A stretch of 64,000 bases of DNA from an uncultured Bdellovibrio sp. (GCA_964498705.1 CAZCHT010000003.1:960-64959); one strand, 5' to 3'. Counted from the stretch's first letter, positions 54,733 through 64,000 are shown. Notes: generated by a model from the letters alone, not told the origin. Program-made: numbers and translations.

Positions 54733-56181
54733 ATGGATAGAAGAAAGTTTTTAAAAAATAGTTTGAGTTCAGCAACCGCTCTAAGTCTGCCGCTAGGTCT
54801 GCTTAGCGTGACTGGTTGCGCCGCACTTGATCGCTATTTTGAAATCGAAAAATCTGACTACGCAAAGGAAGTTCTTATCTTTGGCGGTGGGGTTTCTGGT
54901 TTAAGCGCTGCCTACTTTCTGAAAAAGAACGGCATTCCTTATCGTGTATTTGAGGGTTCTAGTCGTATGGGCGGACGGGTGCTATCACAAAGGTTTCCAG
55001 CTCCGGTCATGAGTATTGACCTGGGCGCTCGCTATGTTGATTCAATGGATCAAGACGCTATTGAGCTAATAAAAGAAATGAACGTTGATTTAGAAGAAGC
55101 TCCTATTCAAAAGAATGCTTATTTTTTCTGTATGAACAAAGAGGTCATGTCGTATAAAACCATTTTGGCCACCTATTCGCCCACCGTAAAAGCCTGGAAC
55201 AAGGAATTAGCGCGTATACGAAAGCTAACAGATCAGCTAGCGAATGAGCCATATAGTGAAGAGATCGTGGGGCAATTGGCCTCGTATGACAAGATTTCGT
55301 TTTCCGATATTGTGAATGATTCAAAGTTAGATTTTAAGGGTCGGTCTATTTTTAAAAGCTGGGCTGAGATGCATTTTCAAAAAAAGGCGACAGAGATTTC
55401 GTTTCTAGAATGGTTATACCATTTTGAAAAACTAACTCTATCAAGCAAGAAAATGTATTTACCTAATGGGATGGCTCAATTCGTAGATATTTTAAGTCAG
55501 AGAGTCAGCGGCGTAATTCCTAACTACAGTATGCAACAAGATTCTAAATTGGTCGAGATCAGCCGCCAGCAGGAACGCTGGGTTTGCCATATCCAAACTA
55601 AGGACGGCTTAAAAAAATTAAGTTCACCATTTGTAATTTTGGCTCTTCCATTTAATCAGATTAAGTACATCAAAGGTATCGATCAAGTATTCACCAACAA
55701 AAATTTTAAAAATGCCATTCAGCAGGCGCAATTCAAAACGAGTTATCGATTGGTATACAAAACCGCTCAAAAATCATCAAAAGAAAATGGCCAGTACCAT
55801 TTTTTCGAAACAAATCGATTTAAAGTCACCAAAGAAGATCATGTTTATACTGTCGATTTAGAAACGCCTGCGGAAGCCAATGACGTTAATGTTATGAAGG
55901 CACAAATGTCTGCCGTTTTTGGGTTGAAAGATTTTGATGAGATTAATTTTTATTCTTGGACTCAGCATCCTCAAGTGAATGGCAGTGAATTAAAGTTAAA
56001 TGCCAATGCGTTGTTGTCGATCAAAAAAGCATACTTAGAAAACTGGGATCGAATGACGTTGCAGTTAGTTGGTGACTATCTTATTTCGCCGGGGGGCGCC
56101 AATTTAAATGATTGCATAAGAACGGCCCGCAGAGCTTCTAAGAGCCTGATGACTCAAGTTCTTGAAAAAGAATGGACTTAG
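54733..56181 (+). CDS. Tat-exported FAD-dependent amine oxidase (probable lipoprotein)
   Basis: It has the twin-arginine signal MDRRKFLK followed by LLSVTGC. The FAD fold is VLIFGGGVSGLSAAYFLKKNGIPYRVFEGSSRMGGRV. Confidence 0.8.
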   Translation: MDRRKFLKNSLSSATALSLPLGLLSVTGCAALDRYFEIEKSDYAKEVLIFGGGVSGLSAAYFLKKNGIPYRVFEGSSRMGGRVLSQRFPAPVMSIDLGARYVDSMDQDAIELIKEMNVDLEEAPIQKNAYFFCMNKEVMSYKTILATYSPTVKAWNKELARIRKLTDQLANEPYSEEIVGQLASYDKISFSDIVNDSKLDFKGRSIFKSWAEMHFQKKATEISFLEWLYHFEKLTLSSKKMYLPNGMAQFVDILSQRVSGVIPNYSMQQDSKLVEISRQQERWVCHIQTKDGLKKLSSPFVILALPFNQIKYIKGIDQVFTNKNFKNAIQQAQFKTSYRLVYKTAQKSSKENGQYHFFETNRFKVTKEDHVYTVDLETPAEANDVNVMKAQMSAVFGLKDFDEINFYSWTQHPQVNGSELKLNANALLSIKKAYLENWDRMTLQLVGDYLISPGGANLNDCIRTARRASKSLMTQVLEKEWT

Positions 56182-56191
56182 GATCACACGA

Positions 56192-56668
56192 TTAGTGGGC
56201 AGTCCGGATGGCTCCTGATGATTTTAATTTTTTGTATTCATCTTTTAGTTGCTTCATTTCATTTTCGAGAATTCGAATTTTATATTCGGCTTGATCTAGT
56301 TTAGTATTTAAGGTCAACAAATCTCGTCGGTTCAAATCCGGAAGGTCCGGCATCTTTTGTTGCTCTTTAGTGGCGGAATCTATGGGATGATCTTCCATAG
56401 TTGGATCTAGTTTTCTCATTTCATTATATAGCTTTTGTCGACTAGTTATAAGAGAGTTTGTATTTGTCAAAACCTCTGCATTTGTGTCGTCAGCTTTCAT
56501 TGCCGCACTTATTTCAAATACTTTTTTAGCGTTTTTAACAAGATCACGCGTATCATCGTATGAGGGGGGGAATTTCTTTTGAATCAGGCTCATTGCGATC
56601 ACTGATAAAACCACGGTGACGATTATGGATTTGAGTATGCTTAAAAGCAAATCTGTCATGAACTTCAT
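56192..56668 (-). CDS. Membrane-anchored coiled-coil protein, unknown function
   Basis: It has an N-terminal TM (LLLSILKSIIVTVVLSVIAMSLI) and a C-terminal heptad-rich region (LDQAEYKIRILENEMKQLKDEYKKL). Confidence 0.5.
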   Translation of the reverse strand: MKFMTDLLLSILKSIIVTVVLSVIAMSLIQKKFPPSYDDTRDLVKNAKKVFEISAAMKADDTNAEVLTNTNSLITSRQKLYNEMRKLDPTMEDHPIDSATKEQQKMPDLPDLNRRDLLTLNTKLDQAEYKIRILENEMKQLKDEYKKLKSSGAIRTAH

Positions 56669-56794
56669 TCAGTCCTCACCTAAATCAGGCCATTATGGCG
56701 AATATATACGGTTTTGAGTTTGTAAAAATGTAAACTATTCAGGTGAAATTGAAAAGTACTTTGATCTGTCATTGTTAAACTATACAACACAGAA

Positions 56795-57427
56795 ATGAAT
56801 ATCAAAAAAGAAATTTTAAGCCATGTACTACCTTCGCCCCACCATGAAGATTCTGAATTTAGCTCTGAAGAAAAAGTAGAAAAAATTAAAGATCATTTCA
56901 CTGAAATTATGAGGATCCTCGGCCTTGATCTAACAGACGATAGTTTGAAAGACACTCCGAAACGGGTAGCCAAGATGTATGTGAACGAAATTTTTAAAGG
57001 TTTGAATACAGCAAACTTTCCAAAGATCACGACGATTGAAAATAAAATGCAGTATGACCAAATGATTGCCGTAAAAAATATCGATTTGATTTCGTATTGC
57101 GAGCATCATTTTCAGACGATTCAGGGAAATGCGACGATCGCCTATATTCCAAGTAAAAAAGTGATCGGCTTATCTAAGATTAATCGTATTGTCGATTTTT
57201 TCTCACGTCGTCCACAAGTACAAGAACGTTTGACTAAACAAATTGCCGACTGTCTGGAGTACGTATTAGATACTCCCAATGTAGCAGTGTATATCAATGC
57301 GAAACATTTCTGTGTGATTGCGCGCGGGATTGAAGATGCTAATTCGACGACGATTACGACTGATTTGCGCGGTGATTTTAAAACGCGCGCAGAAACACGT
57401 AAAGAGTTTCTGCAGAACTGTCATTAA
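56795..57427 (+). CDS. folE: GTP cyclohydrolase I
   Basis: [31 protein letters not shown] and the TPKRVAKMY motif are present. Confidence 0.9.
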   Translation: MNIKKEILSHVLPSPHHEDSEFSSEEKVEKIKDHFTEIMRILGLDLTDDSLKDTPKRVAKMYVNEIFKGLNTANFPKITTIENKMQYDQMIAVKNIDLISYCEHHFQTIQGNATIAYIPSKKVIGLSKINRIVDFFSRRPQVQERLTKQIADCLEYVLDTPNVAVYINAKHFCVIARGIEDANSTTITTDLRGDFKTRAETRKEFLQNCH

Positions 57428-57461
57428 TGAAGCCCTTTGGGGTTACAAAAGGCAAAAAAAA

Positions 57462-57483
57462 AGCTACGCATTTCTGCGTAGCT
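57462..57483. terminator. Bidirectional rho-independent terminator
   Basis: AGCTACGCA-tttc-TGCGTAGCT has an A-run upstream and TTT downstream. It sits between convergent folE and the small Lys/Ala-rich gene. Confidence 0.8.
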
Positions 57484-57514
57484 TTTGAGCTCTTCCTGAG
57501 GGAAGAAAACAATA

Positions 57515-57745
57515 CTATTGTTTTGCTTCTTCAGCTTTAGCGTCAGCTTTTGCTTTAGCTTTTTTGCCTTTTTTAGCTTTCTTTTCAGCTTTTTTCTCAG
57601 CGTGTTCAGCACCGTGAGCAGCATCTTTAGGAGCTTCAACTTTTTGTTCAGCTGGAGCTGTAGTAGCAGGAGCTGTAGCAGTTCCTTCGTTAGCAAAAGC
57701 AACAGTAGCCATAACAGATACTAAACCGATTAGTAATGATTTCAT
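57515..57745 (-). CDS. Small secreted Lys/Ala-rich protein
   Basis: Signal peptide MKSLLIGLVSVMATVAFA is followed by a low-complexity AEKKAEKKAKKGKKAKAKADAKAEEAKQ tail. It is preferred over the two overlapping low-complexity ORFs because it has a signal peptide and a terminator. Confidence 0.55.
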   Translation of the reverse strand: MKSLLIGLVSVMATVAFANEGTATAPATTAPAEQKVEAPKDAAHGAEHAEKKAEKKAKKGKKAKAKADAKAEEAKQ

Positions 57746-57833
57746 AAGATCTCCTTATATAAAGTCCTTAATTAGACTCTTTGTTGATGAAGTTAGATTA
57801 CGCCATCTCAATAAAGACCATATTAAAACCAAA

Positions 57834-59309
57834 TTAATTATTTTTAATCTTGAATTGAAACTCAGCACCTCTGGGGTCCAGGTTGTTGAATTCTATAGCA
57901 GATTTGTGAAGATCGCTTATTTTTTTGACAATCGCTAGGCCCAATCCATAACCCGACATTTGACTCATTTCCGGAGCGCGACTGAATCTCTCGAACAGTA
58001 TCGGCGCCATTGTGTGTGAAATGCCAGGGCCTTCGTCTGCGACTTTTACAATCGAATAGTCATCTTCCCATATCAAGTCGATACGAATCTGACTGTTTGG
58101 AGGTGAGTACTTCATCGCATTTTCAACCAAGTTGTAAAATAAATGTCGTAGTAAATCGGGATCGCCAATGACTTTGGGGCTCGCATGATCGTTGTCGACA
58201 ATGTTGAAAACGATTTTTTGCTGATGAAGCTGGGCACGTTTTTGCAAAGTAGAAACTACCTTTAAAATAATTTCCTCTAAGTGAATGCTTGCGAACAGCT
58301 TAACATGCAAACCAGCATCTAACCGTGCCAACAAAAGCATGTCCTTGATAATATCAATTAAATGATTCACTTCAGTTTCTTGGCCAACTAAAAACTCTTT
58401 GGAATCGCTGTCGAGCTGTGGTTGGTTAAGTCGTGCTTCCAGAGAGGATTTTAAAATTGTCAGAGGAGACAAAAGTTGATGAGACGCATCCGCGACAAAT
58501 CGCTCCTGACTCTGAAACGATTTTTCAATGCGGTCGAGCATTTGATTCATTGTCAGAGCTAACTGACGAAACTCATCGCGAATAGGGCTGACGGGGACAC
58601 GTTCAGATAATACATTGGCCTTAATACCGTGTGTTTTAGTGATGATTTCACGCACGGGAATCAACGCTCGTCCTGCTAAAAAATACCCAAGAAGCATGGA
58701 AATTAAAATCGCTAGAGGAATACCGAACTGAATGACTTGAAGTCGGTTATCAATTTGTGTTTCAAGTAGAGTTCGGGGCGCCAATACTTGAAGGAAATGT
58801 TGTGGGTTCTGATTTTCAATCGGAAAGGTAATTAATCGATACGAGTCGGCTTCTGACTCGGGTAGCTTGCCAATATCATAAATAGTTTTAAACGTTACAT
58901 CTGTTCCGGATTTAATTTTATCGAGCTGATCTTCAAATGGCGGTTGGTAATTACCTAAATTTCCAAATTGGCTTAGAATCTTACCAGCGCGGTTACGCAG
59001 TAAAATGCGAGTCGTGCCCAATGAAAACGGCAGAATTTTTTGCTGGTCTAATTCAATGCTACCCACATTGATCGGGCCGTGACTGATTTGGCTCTCTATC
59101 GATTCGCTGATGTCGATGCAGTAATTGTAAAGGGCATCGTCAAAATCACGTTTAAGAGCATCAATGGAATAGTCAAAAACAAGTAAGTTGAACGAGATCG
59201 TGGTGATCCCAAAAATAAGTGCGAAAATAAGCGTCAGGCGGACGCGAAAATTCATAAAAATAAATATTCGGCGGAAAAGGTTAGTTAACCAACCGATAAG
59301 ATTTTTCAA
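57834..59309 (-). CDS. Two-component sensor histidine kinase
   Basis: It has two TM segments and a HAMP domain. The H-box is FVADASHQLLSPLT, the N-box is LFYNLVENAMKYS, and the G-boxes are ADEGPGI and GYGLGLAIVKK. Confidence 0.9.
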   Translation of the reverse strand: MKNLIGWLTNLFRRIFIFMNFRVRLTLIFALIFGITTISFNLLVFDYSIDALKRDFDDALYNYCIDISESIESQISHGPINVGSIELDQQKILPFSLGTTRILLRNRAGKILSQFGNLGNYQPPFEDQLDKIKSGTDVTFKTIYDIGKLPESEADSYRLITFPIENQNPQHFLQVLAPRTLLETQIDNRLQVIQFGIPLAILISMLLGYFLAGRALIPVREIITKTHGIKANVLSERVPVSPIRDEFRQLALTMNQMLDRIEKSFQSQERFVADASHQLLSPLTILKSSLEARLNQPQLDSDSKEFLVGQETEVNHLIDIIKDMLLLARLDAGLHVKLFASIHLEEIILKVVSTLQKRAQLHQQKIVFNIVDNDHASPKVIGDPDLLRHLFYNLVENAMKYSPPNSQIRIDLIWEDDYSIVKVADEGPGISHTMAPILFERFSRAPEMSQMSGYGLGLAIVKKISDLHKSAIEFNNLDPRGAEFQFKIKNN

Positions 59310-60007
59310 TTGGCAGACTCGCTAGGGTCATCACTTTTTAAAACGTAACCAACACCAATGACCGTATGAATTAATTTGGTTTCAAAAGGCGCATCGAGTT
59401 TCTTTCTGAGCATGTTTACATATACATCGATAACATTGCTTTCTGAATCAAAGTGAACGTCCCAAACGTGTTCGGCAATCGATGTACGGCCCAACGGACG
59501 ATTGGGATTTCGCATGAAATATTCAAGCAAAGAAAACTCTTTTAACGTAAGTACAATTTCTTTTTGCGCCCGGTGAACTTTACGTAAAACTAAATCCATT
59601 TCTAAATCTGCAAAGTTTAATTTTGTATTAAGAACCTGCGTAGACGAACTTTGACGCCGTAGCAACGCTCGAACACGCGCCAGTAATTCTTCAAATGAAT
59701 ACGGTTTTGTCATATAGTCATCAGCGCCTGAATCTAGGCCCAAGATTTTATCTTTTGTGCTGGAAAGAGCCGTTAGCATAAGAATTGGGGCGTTTAAACC
59801 ATCACGTCGTAAATGACGGGCTGTATCGATGCCACTTTGATCCGGCAATCCAACATCTAGAATCACTAAGTCATACTCTGATGAACTGCAGTAGGATTCA
59901 GCAGATAAGCCAGATTCGGCTACGTCAACAGAGTAACCGGATTCAGTGAGGCCCTTTTTTAAAAATTGGGCCATTTTTGCTTGATCTTCAACAACTAGGA
60001 TTCGCAT
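59306..60007 (-). CDS. OmpR-family response regulator
   Basis: The receiver has MRILVVEDQ and LVILDVGLPDQSG. A C-terminal winged-helix domain is present (LTLKEFSLLEYFMRNPNRPLGRTSIAEHVW). It overlaps the kinase gene by 4 nt. Confidence 0.9.
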   Translation of the reverse strand: MRILVVEDQAKMAQFLKKGLTESGYSVDVAESGLSAESYCSSSEYDLVILDVGLPDQSGIDTARHLRRDGLNAPILMLTALSSTKDKILGLDSGADDYMTKPYSFEELLARVRALLRRQSSSTQVLNTKLNFADLEMDLVLRKVHRAQKEIVLTLKEFSLLEYFMRNPNRPLGRTSIAEHVWDVHFDSESNVIDVYVNMLRKKLDAPFETKLIHTVIGVGYVLKSDDPSESAN

Positions 60008-60462
60008 TATTTTTTGAGGATATCATCCAAAACAGAATCCATGTCACTTTTTTTCTTCTCGACGGCTTTGATTTCTACTAACTCAACGCTAGTGATAGCA
60101 TCGTCATTGACTTTAACAGTGACGTTTTGATTTTTATTTTTTTGGCTCTTAATCAGTTTTTCCTTGAAGGCACCCAGGTTTGGGCCCTCTTTCAAAATGT
60201 AGGGGCCTTTGTTTTTTCCATCAAAGAAAACTTCAATCGTGTCTGTTTCTCGAATTAAATTAACGTGGCCAGAGAATGATTTGATAGAGTCTTCTTGTTC
60301 ATAGATGTCGGCGCTCATAGCTTTGGCTTTTTTAGGCATGCCTTCTTCGTTGCCGCCGTCCTTTGGACTTTCTTGTGCGTTCACAGCATTCAGAGGAAAA
60401 AGCGAAACGATAAAAATGAACGTAATCATAAGTCGTCTCAAAATGATACTTGATGCGAGCAT
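60007..60462 (-). CDS. Secreted protein, unknown function (first gene of the two-component operon)
   Basis: It has signal peptide ...FIFIVSLFPLNAVNAQ. Its stop abuts the response-regulator start. Confidence 0.5.
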   Translation of the reverse strand: MLASSIILRRLMITFIFIVSLFPLNAVNAQESPKDGGNEEGMPKKAKAMSADIYEQEDSIKSFSGHVNLIRETDTIEVFFDGKNKGPYILKEGPNLGAFKEKLIKSQKNKNQNVTVKVNDDAITSVELVEIKAVEKKKSDMDSVLDDILKK

Positions 60463-60589
60463 AATTCCCCCTAAACCAGTACTCTTGAGTGTATAACAAT
60501 ACCTTTGGTATAAAAAGTAATATTTGAAGACAGCCGAAAGATACTATAGGATATAGGTAATTAAAACTTAAGACGTTTTAGAGGTTGTT

Positions 60590-60844
60590 ATGAATTTAGG
60601 ATGGACAGAAATTCTTTTAATTGGTGGTATCGCATTGTTAATGTTTGGTCCGTCACGACTTCCTGGTTTGGGAAAGTCTTTAGGTGAAGCCATCCGCGGA
60701 TTTAAAAAAGGTCTTAGCGAAGACGAAATCCAGGCTAATGCGCGACCTGTAAATGATCAAATTCCATTTGATGGAAAAAACCCATCAAATCCAACGGAAA
60801 ACAAATCAAATACCTCGACACCGAATGAAAAAACCCATACTTAG
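60590..60844 (+). CDS. tatA: Twin-arginine translocase subunit TatA/E
   Basis: MNLGWTEILLIGGIALLMFGPSRLPGLGKSLGEAIRGFKKG is the canonical TatA TM plus amphipathic helix. Confidence 0.9.
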   Translation: MNLGWTEILLIGGIALLMFGPSRLPGLGKSLGEAIRGFKKGLSEDEIQANARPVNDQIPFDGKNPSNPTENKSNTSTPNEKTHT

Positions 60845-60850
60845 TAGGGG

Positions 60851-61891
60851 ATGGTTAAACTAACACAGACAGTTCAAAAGGGTGGCTGTGCCGCAAAGGT
60901 AGCTGCTACTGAACTACGTTCAATTTTAAATCAAGTACAATTTCCAAATGCGCATGCCGAGCTTTTAGTTGATGGTCGGCATTTCGATGATGCTGCTATC
61001 TACAAAGTTAACGACGAATTATCATTGGTTCAAACGTTAGATTTTTTTACTCCCATTTTAGATGATCCCTTTATGTTTGGCCAAGTGGCCGCTGCCAATG
61101 CTTTAAGCGACGTGTACGCCATGGGTGGATTGCCAAAAACAGCGATGGTTATTTTAGCTTATCCGATAGCCACATTTGAAAAAAACTGGGTCGTGGCTTT
61201 ACTTCAAGGCGTCGCGGACAAAGTTAAAGAAGCGCAAGCCAATATTGTTGGTGGCCATACTATCGATGACGATACATTAAAGCTGGGTCTTTCTGTGACG
61301 GGCTACTGTGACACTCAAAAGTATTGGACTAATCAAAATTGCAAAGACGGCGATGTACTGATTCTGACTAAATGTTTAGGAACGGGAACACACACGGCCG
61401 CGCTTAAACGTCAGTTCGTGAACGAAAGTGAAATCATGGATGTCGTTAATTCTATGAGGCAGCTAAACTCTGTTCCGTCTATGCTGAATTCGAAATTATA
61501 TTCAGCCGTTCATGCGGCTACGGATATCACTGGTTTTGGTTTTGCTGGTCATGCTTTTAACATGTCCAAAGCGTCCGATAAATTATTCGATATTAATTTT
61601 TCGCAAGTCCCATTGTTTGAAGGGACGTTAGAATCTTTAGATCGTGGCTATCTAACGAAAGCACATAGAACAAATCGCGACTACGTCAAGGACTCGGCCA
61701 ATCTTTCAGCGTTACAAGAGCTTGAAATATTGGCCTTATGTGATCCGCAGACAAGTGGCGGGTTATTGTTGTCGGTTGACCCTTCTCATGCTGACGAAGT
61801 TTTAAAGGAAGTTAAAACTCAATTTCCTCATTCACGTATTATTGGAAATGTGAAATCCAAAGACGCCAAAGAATTTTTGAGATTTTCCTAA
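60851..61891 (+). CDS. selD: Selenide, water dikinase (selenophosphate synthetase), Cys-type
   Basis: It is colinear with E. coli SelD. The N-terminal GGCAAK (Cys/Lys) is present, along with DDAAIY, DFFTPILDDPFMFGQVAAANALSDVYAMGG and CDPQTSGGLL. Confidence 0.9.
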   Translation: MVKLTQTVQKGGCAAKVAATELRSILNQVQFPNAHAELLVDGRHFDDAAIYKVNDELSLVQTLDFFTPILDDPFMFGQVAAANALSDVYAMGGLPKTAMVILAYPIATFEKNWVVALLQGVADKVKEAQANIVGGHTIDDDTLKLGLSVTGYCDTQKYWTNQNCKDGDVLILTKCLGTGTHTAALKRQFVNESEIMDVVNSMRQLNSVPSMLNSKLYSAVHAATDITGFGFAGHAFNMSKASDKLFDINFSQVPLFEGTLESLDRGYLTKAHRTNRDYVKDSANLSALQELEILALCDPQTSGGLLLSVDPSHADEVLKEVKTQFPHSRIIGNVKSKDAKEFLRFS

Positions 61892-62998
61892 ATGTCTATA
61901 TCTGACGGATTTGTTGAAGAGAGCGAGATTTTAGAGCTGGTTCGGCTAGGACACAGATGGATCGACGTTCGAGCACCCGTTGAGTTTGTCAGCGGATCAA
62001 TTCCGAATGCTATCAATTTGCCCATCATGAATGACGACGAACGACATTTAGTGGGATCGTGCTTTAAAAAACAGGGTCGGGAATCGGCAATTCATTTGGG
62101 TCATAAATTAGTCTCTGGCGAAAATAAAGAGCAGAAAATAGAAGCTTGGGTGGCAGAGTTTAAAAAGCAAGCTCCGAATATTTCCCTATTTTGCTTTCGC
62201 GGCGGCTTGCGGTCGCAAATTTCTCAGCAGTGGATGCAGGATCGTGGCGTATCGATTCGACGCGTACGTGGCGGCTATAAGCTCATGAGAAATTTGATGA
62301 TTCAGCATATGAAACAGAAAATCGGAACTTCGACGGTGCGTTTGATTTCTGGACCGACAGGCAGCTGGAAAACACATTTTTTACAATGGCTGTCGGAAAA
62401 TAACCATCTATCTTTGGATTTAGAGAAACTTGCGGGACATCGAGGCTCGGCTTTTGGTAAACAGGGTGATCAGCCCGCGCAGATAAATTTTGAACACGCG
62501 ATAGTAAAATGTATGCTTGATCGGGATAGTGAATATGCCAGTAAACCCCTCTACCTCGAAGACGAAAGCCGATTAATTGGCCGCTGTGTTCTGCCAGATT
62601 ATTTTTTCGAGAAAATGCGTTCGGCTCCCATTTTGTGGATCGATGAACCCTTTGAACAACGGGTTGAAAATATTTTTTATGATTATATTGAAACGACTGA
62701 GATCGTCCTAAGTCAAGAACCGCAGCGAATTCAAGCGGTGTACGACCGGTATAAACAATCACTGACCGAAATAAAAAAACGGTTAGGGCTAGAGAAATAT
62801 TTTGGAATCATGAAAGATATTGAAAGTTCGGAAGCCGACAGTTTGGTGCACAACCGGCACGACTCTAACCGGGTTTGGATTCAGAAACTGTTGAAGAATT
62901 ATTACGATCCGATGTACTTAAGCAGCTTAGAGCGACGCAAAGCAAGCGTACTAATAAAAGCATCTACAGCAGAAATTAAATCATTTCTCGCGCAGTAA
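61892..62998 (+). CDS. selU: tRNA 2-selenouridine synthase (SelU/MnmH/YbbB)
   Basis: It has the rhodanese domain IDVRAPVEFVSGSIPNAINLPIMNDDER and CFRGGLRSQ. LEDESRLIGRC and YYDPMY are colinear with E. coli YbbB. The P-loop reads GPTGSWKT. Confidence 0.9.
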   Translation: MSISDGFVEESEILELVRLGHRWIDVRAPVEFVSGSIPNAINLPIMNDDERHLVGSCFKKQGRESAIHLGHKLVSGENKEQKIEAWVAEFKKQAPNISLFCFRGGLRSQISQQWMQDRGVSIRRVRGGYKLMRNLMIQHMKQKIGTSTVRLISGPTGSWKTHFLQWLSENNHLSLDLEKLAGHRGSAFGKQGDQPAQINFEHAIVKCMLDRDSEYASKPLYLEDESRLIGRCVLPDYFFEKMRSAPILWIDEPFEQRVENIFYDYIETTEIVLSQEPQRIQAVYDRYKQSLTEIKKRLGLEKYFGIMKDIESSEADSLVHNRHDSNRVWIQKLLKNYYDPMYLSSLERRKASVLIKASTAEIKSFLAQ

Positions 62999-63877
62999 TA
63001 TTTGAAAACGATTGTTTTTAAATTCCCAACGGAAAAACAGAAATAAAACGGCCGCGCTCGTAAAGAAAAACGCGAGCACAGTGTCTAGATTCACCACTTC
63101 TTTAAAAACTAAAAAAGCGGCGAGGGCGGATATTGTGGGTTCTAAAAGTTTTCCGCAGCTCATCCAGTTGATGTTTAAATAATTCATCAAGTAAGAAAAT
63201 AGAGCGTGACCCAAGAACGTGGGAATAAGGATGGTTCCGAGTAGAGCCATCCAGGCTTCGCTGCTGTAGCCAATCAATGGCGTGTGCAAAGTTGTGGACG
63301 TGGCTAAAAAGCACAAGGCGCAAACGAAATATATGCCGATGCTAAAATTCCAGTTGTTCATTTTCTTGCGACTCTGTTTCGAAAACAACGCGTAGATAGA
63401 ATACAATGCGCCCGAGGCCAGTGCGCTGGCTTCACCGTGCCATGAATCTAATCCCAGACTTAGACGACTACGTAATAGAAAATATAAGCCGGTGAAGGCG
63501 AACATATAGGAAAACGCGACATTTTTTTTCAAGGGTTCGTTGAATGCGAACTTGGCGCCAACCGCGGTAAATAGGGGATTCAGTGCAAATAGAATCATAC
63601 AATGCGCTACCGACGTATTTTGAGCTGAATAGGAGTAGGACCATAGATGTAAGTAAAAAAAGACGCCGGTTATGACCACCCATTTTCCGTTATTCAGGAT
63701 ATCTGCAACGATATATTTGGCGGAGTCTTTGTACGCTCTAAAACCAAGCAACAATAGACTCGCACCAATCAGGCGCCAAAAACCAAGAGTCTCGGGAGGT
63801 ATTCCGCTTAATTTAATCAAAACAGCGGATTGTGAGAGGCTAAAAATAGAAAGTATATAGATGGCGTAGTGAAGCAT
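62981..63877 (-). CDS. EamA/DMT-superfamily transporter
   Basis: 298 aa with about 10 hydrophobic helices in two EamA-like halves. It overlaps the selU 3' end by 18 nt in convergent orientation. Confidence 0.7.
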   Translation of the reverse strand: MLHYAIYILSIFSLSQSAVLIKLSGIPPETLGFWRLIGASLLLLGFRAYKDSAKYIVADILNNGKWVVITGVFFYLHLWSYSYSAQNTSVAHCMILFALNPLFTAVGAKFAFNEPLKKNVAFSYMFAFTGLYFLLRSRLSLGLDSWHGEASALASGALYSIYALFSKQSRKKMNNWNFSIGIYFVCALCFLATSTTLHTPLIGYSSEAWMALLGTILIPTFLGHALFSYLMNYLNINWMSCGKLLEPTISALAAFLVFKEVVNLDTVLAFFFTSAAVLFLFFRWEFKNNRFQILLREK

Positions 63878-64000
63878 AGGCTCTATGACTGTAACCGCAT
63901 TGTCGCTAAAAGTTAATTAAGATTTTTACTTGGACAAAGGCCAAAATAAATATTCTATCTAGAGTAATGAATTCAGTAAGCACATCGTCTAAAATCAAGG

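Noticed and set aside
57424-57724. ORFs 57424-57702 (-) and 57518-57724 (+) overlapping the small Lys/Ala-rich gene
   Set aside because: Both are alternative-frame or antisense readings of the same low-complexity DNA. Only the 57515-57745 frame has a signal peptide and sits correctly relative to the terminator.

Overview
This is a 64-kb chromosomal window from an AT-rich Gram-negative bacterium. The gene content includes a MoxR-DUF58-transglutaminase triad, FecR/Ig-repeat envelope proteins, a DUF1566 protein, many orphan secreted proteins and a class II NrdJ. That mix resembles Bdellovibrio-like or Oligoflexia-type genomes, but the taxonomy is inference only.

Backbone genes:
- 0.2-2.4 kb: aminotransferase and an AroB-like gene.
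- 20.2-22 kb: hisS and a DUF3299 gene.
- 22-27.4 kb: a three-gene envelope operon (FecR-like, OM beta-barrel, class III nucleotide cyclase).
- 27.6-33.6 kb: greB, a GT39 glycosyltransferase translationally coupled to a T2SS-F-like protein, and a 978-aa orphan secreted protein.
- 34.2-38.8 kb: exbD-exbB-tonB divergent from a TonB-dependent receptor.
- 38.8-46.4 kb: transglutaminase-DUF58-MoxR, iscA-nifS and nrdJ.
- 47.3-50.3 kb: a CI/Cro-like repressor pair, a receiver-only response regulator and mgtE.
- 50.4-56.2 kb: a 2OG-oxygenase plus split ABC exporter operon, and a Tat amine oxidase.
- 56.8-63.9 kb: folE, a two-component system, tatA-selD-selU and a DMT transporter.

Accessory part (about 2.6-20.2 kb) is visibly more AT-rich. 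It carries orphan secreted proteins, including a frameshifted DUF1566 gene and a metzincin.

The most interesting feature is a 12.2-kb island at 7916-20109.
- It is bracketed by 179-bp direct repeats that duplicate the convergent 3' ends of a small ORF and hisS.
- It holds four paralogous AraC-type regulators, each next to an enzyme gene.
- Two intact copies and one decayed copy encode a stand-alone E2-acyltransferase catalytic-domain protein in which the canonical catalytic His is Arg (DHR -> DRR).
- It also has an SDR plus membrane hexapeptide acyltransferase pair, a GMC oxidoreductase, an orphan solute-binding protein, IS91-family transposase remnants and three copies of a 17-nt element-end-like motif.

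Other notable points are an in-frame TGA splitting an ABC exporter gene, a 154-bp MITE-like inverted-repeat element, and operator-like palindromes between the CI/Cro-like genes. I recognised no rRNA, tRNA or CRISPR array by eye. All family calls come from motif recognition in the supplied translations; no searches were run.
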